From NCBI GenBank assembly GCA_965216875.1, contig OZ244207.1:7264001-7328000 (forward strand): a stretch of 64,000 nt of DNA, written 5' to 3'. Position 1 is the stretch's first letter, and each line of letters begins with the position of its first letter. Position numbers and translations under genes: made by a program. A model generated the notes under the pieces. The model had not been told where the DNA came from. It made no database searches and was given only the letters and a program-made list of their open reading frames with translations. Source of the stretch: Rubripirellula sp. Lineage in GTDB: Bacteria; Planctomycetota; Planctomycetia; Pirellulales; Pirellulaceae. Below are positions 60,901 through 64,000 of this stretch, piece after piece.

Positions 60901-61276
60901 CGCTTGAGAATCGCGTCGCGTCTCGTCCGCGACGCCCTACACTGCCCGGTTGTCCATCACCTCCGCGTCCACCATCACCGCCACGTCCACCTTGGGTGTC
61001 GACAAAGAGGTAGCCCGAATCGCCGATGACAAGCTCTTCGGATTGTTTGATGATCGTCGTGCCGCTGCGTTCGGCTTCGATCTGTGCGATGATCAAACCG
61101 GCATGTTTCGTATCGATCGCAAGTTCAATCGTGACATCAGCACCGGCTTGGCCAGATTGAGCCTGAGTTGCATCACCGCCGCGCCGCCCATTTTGCCCTC
61201 GGCGTGTCGGCGCCATGCGATAGCTTTGACCGTCGCGTCCACCAACCCCGTCATCTCCTTCGAGCCGAAGGTGCAT
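57938..61276 (-). CDS. Large hypothetical protein with N-terminal Gly-Gly-X (collagen/PGRS-like) repeats
   Basis: Long open frame; GGRGGDGGRGGDG and GGAGGKGGRGGS tracts; no signal peptide; start set at ATG 61276 (alternative TTG 61351). Confidence 0.85.
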   Translation of the reverse strand: MHLRLEGDDGVGGRDGQSYRMAPTRRGQNGRRGGDATQAQSGQAGADVTIELAIDTKHAGLIIAQIEAERSGTTIIKQSEELVIGDSGYLFVDTQGGRGGDGGRGGDGQPGSVGRRGRDATRFSSGSNGGPGGHGGNAGNPTDGADGGCGGNITVRVSDAEQGLLMLAKGNRAGGDIGFAGLPGRGGAGGKGGRGGSSYHWTETDWYTDSEGNRKSRTTSHSNPGGHKGRNGRSGASSSYRAIDGHPGQPGLFRIEVVSKTGVTEYPAPFDLELVTFRVASEYEVFEPDSLLSIDFIEIRNCGGMPTPANFTVRLHLPPDRWVLSDQVDLVLHQSIAPGESYTFENHGLKFRAGDYIVEQPRRRPFVLSHLVNPIARLESGIRRPFRQFENGDEIELRFPIELMPITALGSLAPGESTRLILGVTNIGAETFDHKHLYRAVQSRIRLSGGDLDRSAIVFFDDEDQLHSLTDESFRTAVREFKPGETRIIETRIGVDASADVVAYQGFELCVDADLQRPQSSQQSDQFRCVDSRKTFIRVSQRYQKRDGSRFLLVANQKTSLNDIQNWSQMADYFGSTLDVWDVSYYGFFDLERIVQNDRSLMQQWRGMTIIVPNNNFLTADGKTYAYQQLAKSQFLKAAADYDIKFYFVGDATSGGEDMLRTALIPVDQKRVASETLDPKSFLREVKRWNRYVDQSHDLVGSATSDAREFADITLGAVHDFPINKRTFLFQPKEKWLRKQAHNLQRKLRKTDPLHRWVIVYRYDTGDSDTSWGFFKQRKVGSLELRRTLDTTKGSVVLFEVDKLDALDDDFINSKANKHGIFLALKFEDKVDRFIRLVSERTFPRYAENYIERPLSREEVEEIGNELVDSILTDLFNEQRNARKSKVFGRRGVRALLPKLNYLAERALNYGVTYKQMQDHPESLELLYELIANIRFMAKRSRTVWDLAIFPTAFFKRSRAVSAHMNDRADKIVTNIFGRRRGWWNRASDSGDDYDPFGTAKKKAARGIERITADQRIDAIERELQRRRRLNRSMKFYTTAQDHPGLTYDPELLPESQRVLSGVEFDRLVAAEAMASQKREQTERAVKEKRSDLLVPLVQSITQKRAVPQANK

Positions 61277-61479
61277 GAGAAGTTCTTGTTCACTGTCCGA
61301 CGCGAAACAACCGGCGTCAGAAAGGTGTCGGCGGTGATCAGGCAGGTTCAATGGCAGAGATCGCGATCGGGTAGCAGCAGGAAATGTTGCTCAAGTCTAC
61401 CTTGGTGATGGCAATCACATGTGCCGTTGGACGGTATCGGAATTGTTCTCCTCTTTCCGAAACCACGATAGGGTGGCGT

Positions 61480-62868
61480 CTAAAAGAGTCGGTTCAAGCC
61501 ATTGAGCGCTGCAACGCGATAGGCTTCGGCCATCGTTGGGTAGTTGAACGTTGTTTCGACAAAGTAGTTCAGGGTGTTGTGCGGCGCGGGCTGATCCATG
61601 ATCGCTTGGCCGATGTGAATGATTTCCGATGCGTTCGCACCAAAGCAGTGAATCCCAAGGATCTCGAGCGTCTCGCGGTCAAACAAGATCTTGAGCATTC
61701 CCGTGGTTTGTCCAGTGATCTGGGCACGGGCGAGTGAGCGGAACTGGCTTTGGCCGACTTCGTAGGCACGCTTTTCGGAAGTGAGTTCGCGTTCCGTTTT
61801 GCCAACGCTGCTGATTTCGGGGCTCGTGTAGATGCCGGTTGGAATCTCGTGGATTCGAAGGTTGCCATCTTTGCGGCCAAGCATGTGCATCGCTGCGGCT
61901 CGGCCTTGTGTGTACGCAGCACTGGCAAGGGATGGGAATCCGATCACATCACCAACAGCGTAGATGTGCGGAACCGCCGTTTGGAATTGGTCGTCGATAT
62001 CAAGTTGGCCACGACTGTTTGGAACGAGACCGATTTCTTCAAGCCCCATGTCTTCGGTGTTGCCCGAGCGACCGTTGGCCCAAAGGAACGCGTCGGCTTT
62101 GACGCGTTTGCCACTCTTGAGGTTCAAGATCACACCATCGCCACATCCTTCGACACTGTCAACACTTTCGTTGTGGCGAATGATGACGCCTTGATCACGT
62201 AGGTGATACGAAAGTGCGTCGATGATTTCGTTGTCCAAAAACTCGAGCAACGCATCACGGGTGTTGATCAAGTTGACCTTCATCTCGAGGTTTCGGAACA
62301 TCGATGCGTATTCCGTTCCGATCACGCCCGCACCATAGATGCATATGGATGAGGGCTTGTGGTCCATCGTCAAGATGGTGTCGCTGTCGTAGATCCGTGG
62401 ATGATCAAAGTCGACATAGTCGGGGCGATAGGGACGACTTCCCGTCGCGATGACAAACGCCCTGGCGGTGATCTTGTCGCAATCCACTTCGAGGGTGTGA
62501 TCGTCGATGAAGCGTGCGTGACCACGAAGGATGGGGACATCATTGCGGTCGTAAAAGGAACGCCGCATCGTGACTTGGCGATTGATGATGGCAGCCGTTC
62601 CGCGACGCAATTGATCAAGCGTTGGGCTAGCACTGATTCCCATTTCACGAAACGTCGGATTCTTCAGAGCCGACATCGTGCTGGTGATCGCGAAACGCAA
62701 TGCTTTGCTTGGAATCGTTCCCCAGTGGGTACAGCCACCACCGATCTGCTGGTATCTTTCAGCTACTGCGACACGCAAGCCTCCTTTGCATGCCTGCATC
62801 GCAGCTCCCTCACCACCTGGGCCCGTCCCAATCACAACCAAGTCGTAGTCGAAGTTCGAATCGTTCAT
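61480..62868 (-). CDS. sthA: Soluble pyridine nucleotide transhydrogenase
   Basis: [74 protein letters not shown]. Confidence 0.96.
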   Translation of the reverse strand: MNDSNFDYDLVVIGTGPGGEGAAMQACKGGLRVAVAERYQQIGGGCTHWGTIPSKALRFAITSTMSALKNPTFREMGISASPTLDQLRRGTAAIINRQVTMRRSFYDRNDVPILRGHARFIDDHTLEVDCDKITARAFVIATGSRPYRPDYVDFDHPRIYDSDTILTMDHKPSSICIYGAGVIGTEYASMFRNLEMKVNLINTRDALLEFLDNEIIDALSYHLRDQGVIIRHNESVDSVEGCGDGVILNLKSGKRVKADAFLWANGRSGNTEDMGLEEIGLVPNSRGQLDIDDQFQTAVPHIYAVGDVIGFPSLASAAYTQGRAAAMHMLGRKDGNLRIHEIPTGIYTSPEISSVGKTERELTSEKRAYEVGQSQFRSLARAQITGQTTGMLKILFDRETLEILGIHCFGANASEIIHIGQAIMDQPAPHNTLNYFVETTFNYPTMAEAYRVAALNGLNRLF

Positions 62869-62936
62869 ATTTAGCGTGAGACCCTTCGGCGATGTCTTTG
62901 ACGACGAAACCTTAACTTTGCGTGGATGATGTTACG

Positions 62937-63755
62937 ATGTTGATCGCCTGCGTCCAGACCGATATCAAATTCGCCGATGTGCAATCGAACCTGCAACGAG
63001 TCATCGAATCGGCCCAAGAAGCGGGGAAACGAGGCGCAGACCTTGTTGTTTTTCCTGAGTGTATGCTCTCAGGATACGCTTTCGACAGCCGTGACGAAGC
63101 GCTGCCGCATGCTCGGTCCGTCGACGATCCACTGTTCGCCGACATTGCCGAAATTGCCGCCCAACACGACATGCATCTAACCCTGGGCTATTTGGAAAAG
63201 GCTGGCGACCAACTTTTCAACGGGGCCGCCTTGGTCGGACCCCAGGGCGTGGTCGGGCGTTATCGCAAAGTCCACCTGCCGCATCTCGGCATCGATCGCT
63301 TCGTCGATCGAGGTGACATTCCGTACGATGTTCTCGCCGCAGGCGATACAAAGGTTGGGCTGGGAATCTGCTACGACAGTTCGTTTCCCGAGCCGATGCG
63401 ATTGCTCGCACTCAAAGGAGCGGACGTGATCGCGCTTGGTACGAACTGGCCCAACGGGGCTGCCCATACGGCCGATATCGTTCCGCCGGCACGGAGCATG
63501 GAGAACCATCTTTACTTTGTAGTTGCGAATCGCGTGGGCGAAGAAAACGGATTTGGTTTCTGCGGTCGCAGTTCGATCTGTGGTCCCGACGGCATCATCC
63601 TGGCCAAGGCCGAAGGTGATGAAGAGACGATCCTTTACGGCGAAGCTGATGTTCAACTCGCTCGGAACAAACGAATTGAACGTACCAAAGGCGCCCACGT
63701 CATCGACCGGTTCCAGGATCGCGTGCCCGATTTTTATGGTGGTCTCGATGCGTAG
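62937..63755 (+). CDS. Carbon-nitrogen hydrolase (nitrilase superfamily)
   Basis: VFPEC (Glu), YRKVHL (Lys), ICYDSSFPE (Cys), ANRVGEE. Confidence 0.94.
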   Translation: MLIACVQTDIKFADVQSNLQRVIESAQEAGKRGADLVVFPECMLSGYAFDSRDEALPHARSVDDPLFADIAEIAAQHDMHLTLGYLEKAGDQLFNGAALVGPQGVVGRYRKVHLPHLGIDRFVDRGDIPYDVLAAGDTKVGLGICYDSSFPEPMRLLALKGADVIALGTNWPNGAAHTADIVPPARSMENHLYFVVANRVGEENGFGFCGRSSICGPDGIILAKAEGDEETILYGEADVQLARNKRIERTKGAHVIDRFQDRVPDFYGGLDA

Positions 63756-63758
63756 AGT

Positions 63759-64000
63759 GTCGCCTTTCGCTCCGCGAAAGTAGCGTGATTCTCCGGATGC
63801 TCCGCGCCCTTATCCCGTGAGCCGAACGCGCTAGCGTCGGGCCTTGCGTCTTCGGTAGCTACGCTCGCCAGAGCGTGGAGACAATGGAGAGTGGTCTCGT
63901 CGCGCATCCCACCTTCTGGCGAAGGTAGCTACGACGCGTTCGGCTCACATACGCGTAGCCTCTCAGGCGAAAGCTGCGCCGTTCGTCGTCCCGCCCTTAG
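63759..64000. repeat. Nested REP mosaic (GTCGCCTTT arm, GTGAGCCG element containing a GTAGCTAC element, start of a further element at the window edge)
   Basis: A-type arms at 63817 and 63934-63948 enclose a paired GTAGCTAC element at 63855-63932. Confidence 0.88.

Noticed and set aside
11040..64000. CRISPR interpretation of the repeated palindromes
   Set aside because: Copies are dispersed inverted pairs without regular unique spacers, and there are no cas genes.

Overview
A gene-dense, GC-rich bacterial chromosome segment that looks like a planctomycete of the Pirellulaceae type. Supporting signs are three sulfatases, a DUF1080 protein, a dockerin protein with an 'E.L..R.LLA' planctomycete leader, QFSL- and NPYxxP-type motifs, an ECF sigma/anti-sigma pair and orphan TadE/TadG genes. 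About 45 CDS were called. They include housekeeping genes (FKBP PPIase, rplU, pepF, ftsH, dxr, rseP, sthA), peptidases and hydrolases, two ABC exporter loci (one YtrA/GntR-controlled, with a visible operator and promoter) and a signalling cluster (REC-HD-GYP, REC, a sensorless kinase with an Rcp1-like REC, and a FixJ-like regulator). No rRNA, tRNA, CRISPR array or transposase was seen. The most notable observations are: (1) a coupled operon of a GT4 glycosyltransferase, a Cys-less AsnB-like ATP pyrophosphatase, a small exported protein and an HTTM / vitamin-K-dependent carboxylase-like membrane protein that appears to keep the catalytic His and Lys, sitting downstream of a 1713-aa surface protein; (2) about 14 intergenic loci built from roughly 8 REP-like palindrome families, with recurring module order and nesting; (3) a recurring 9-bp-periodic intergenic motif CCGnnACAACCG; (4) a cytoplasmic ~1100-aa Gly-Gly-X-repeat protein. 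All functional calls come from motif recognition by eye; no searches were run.
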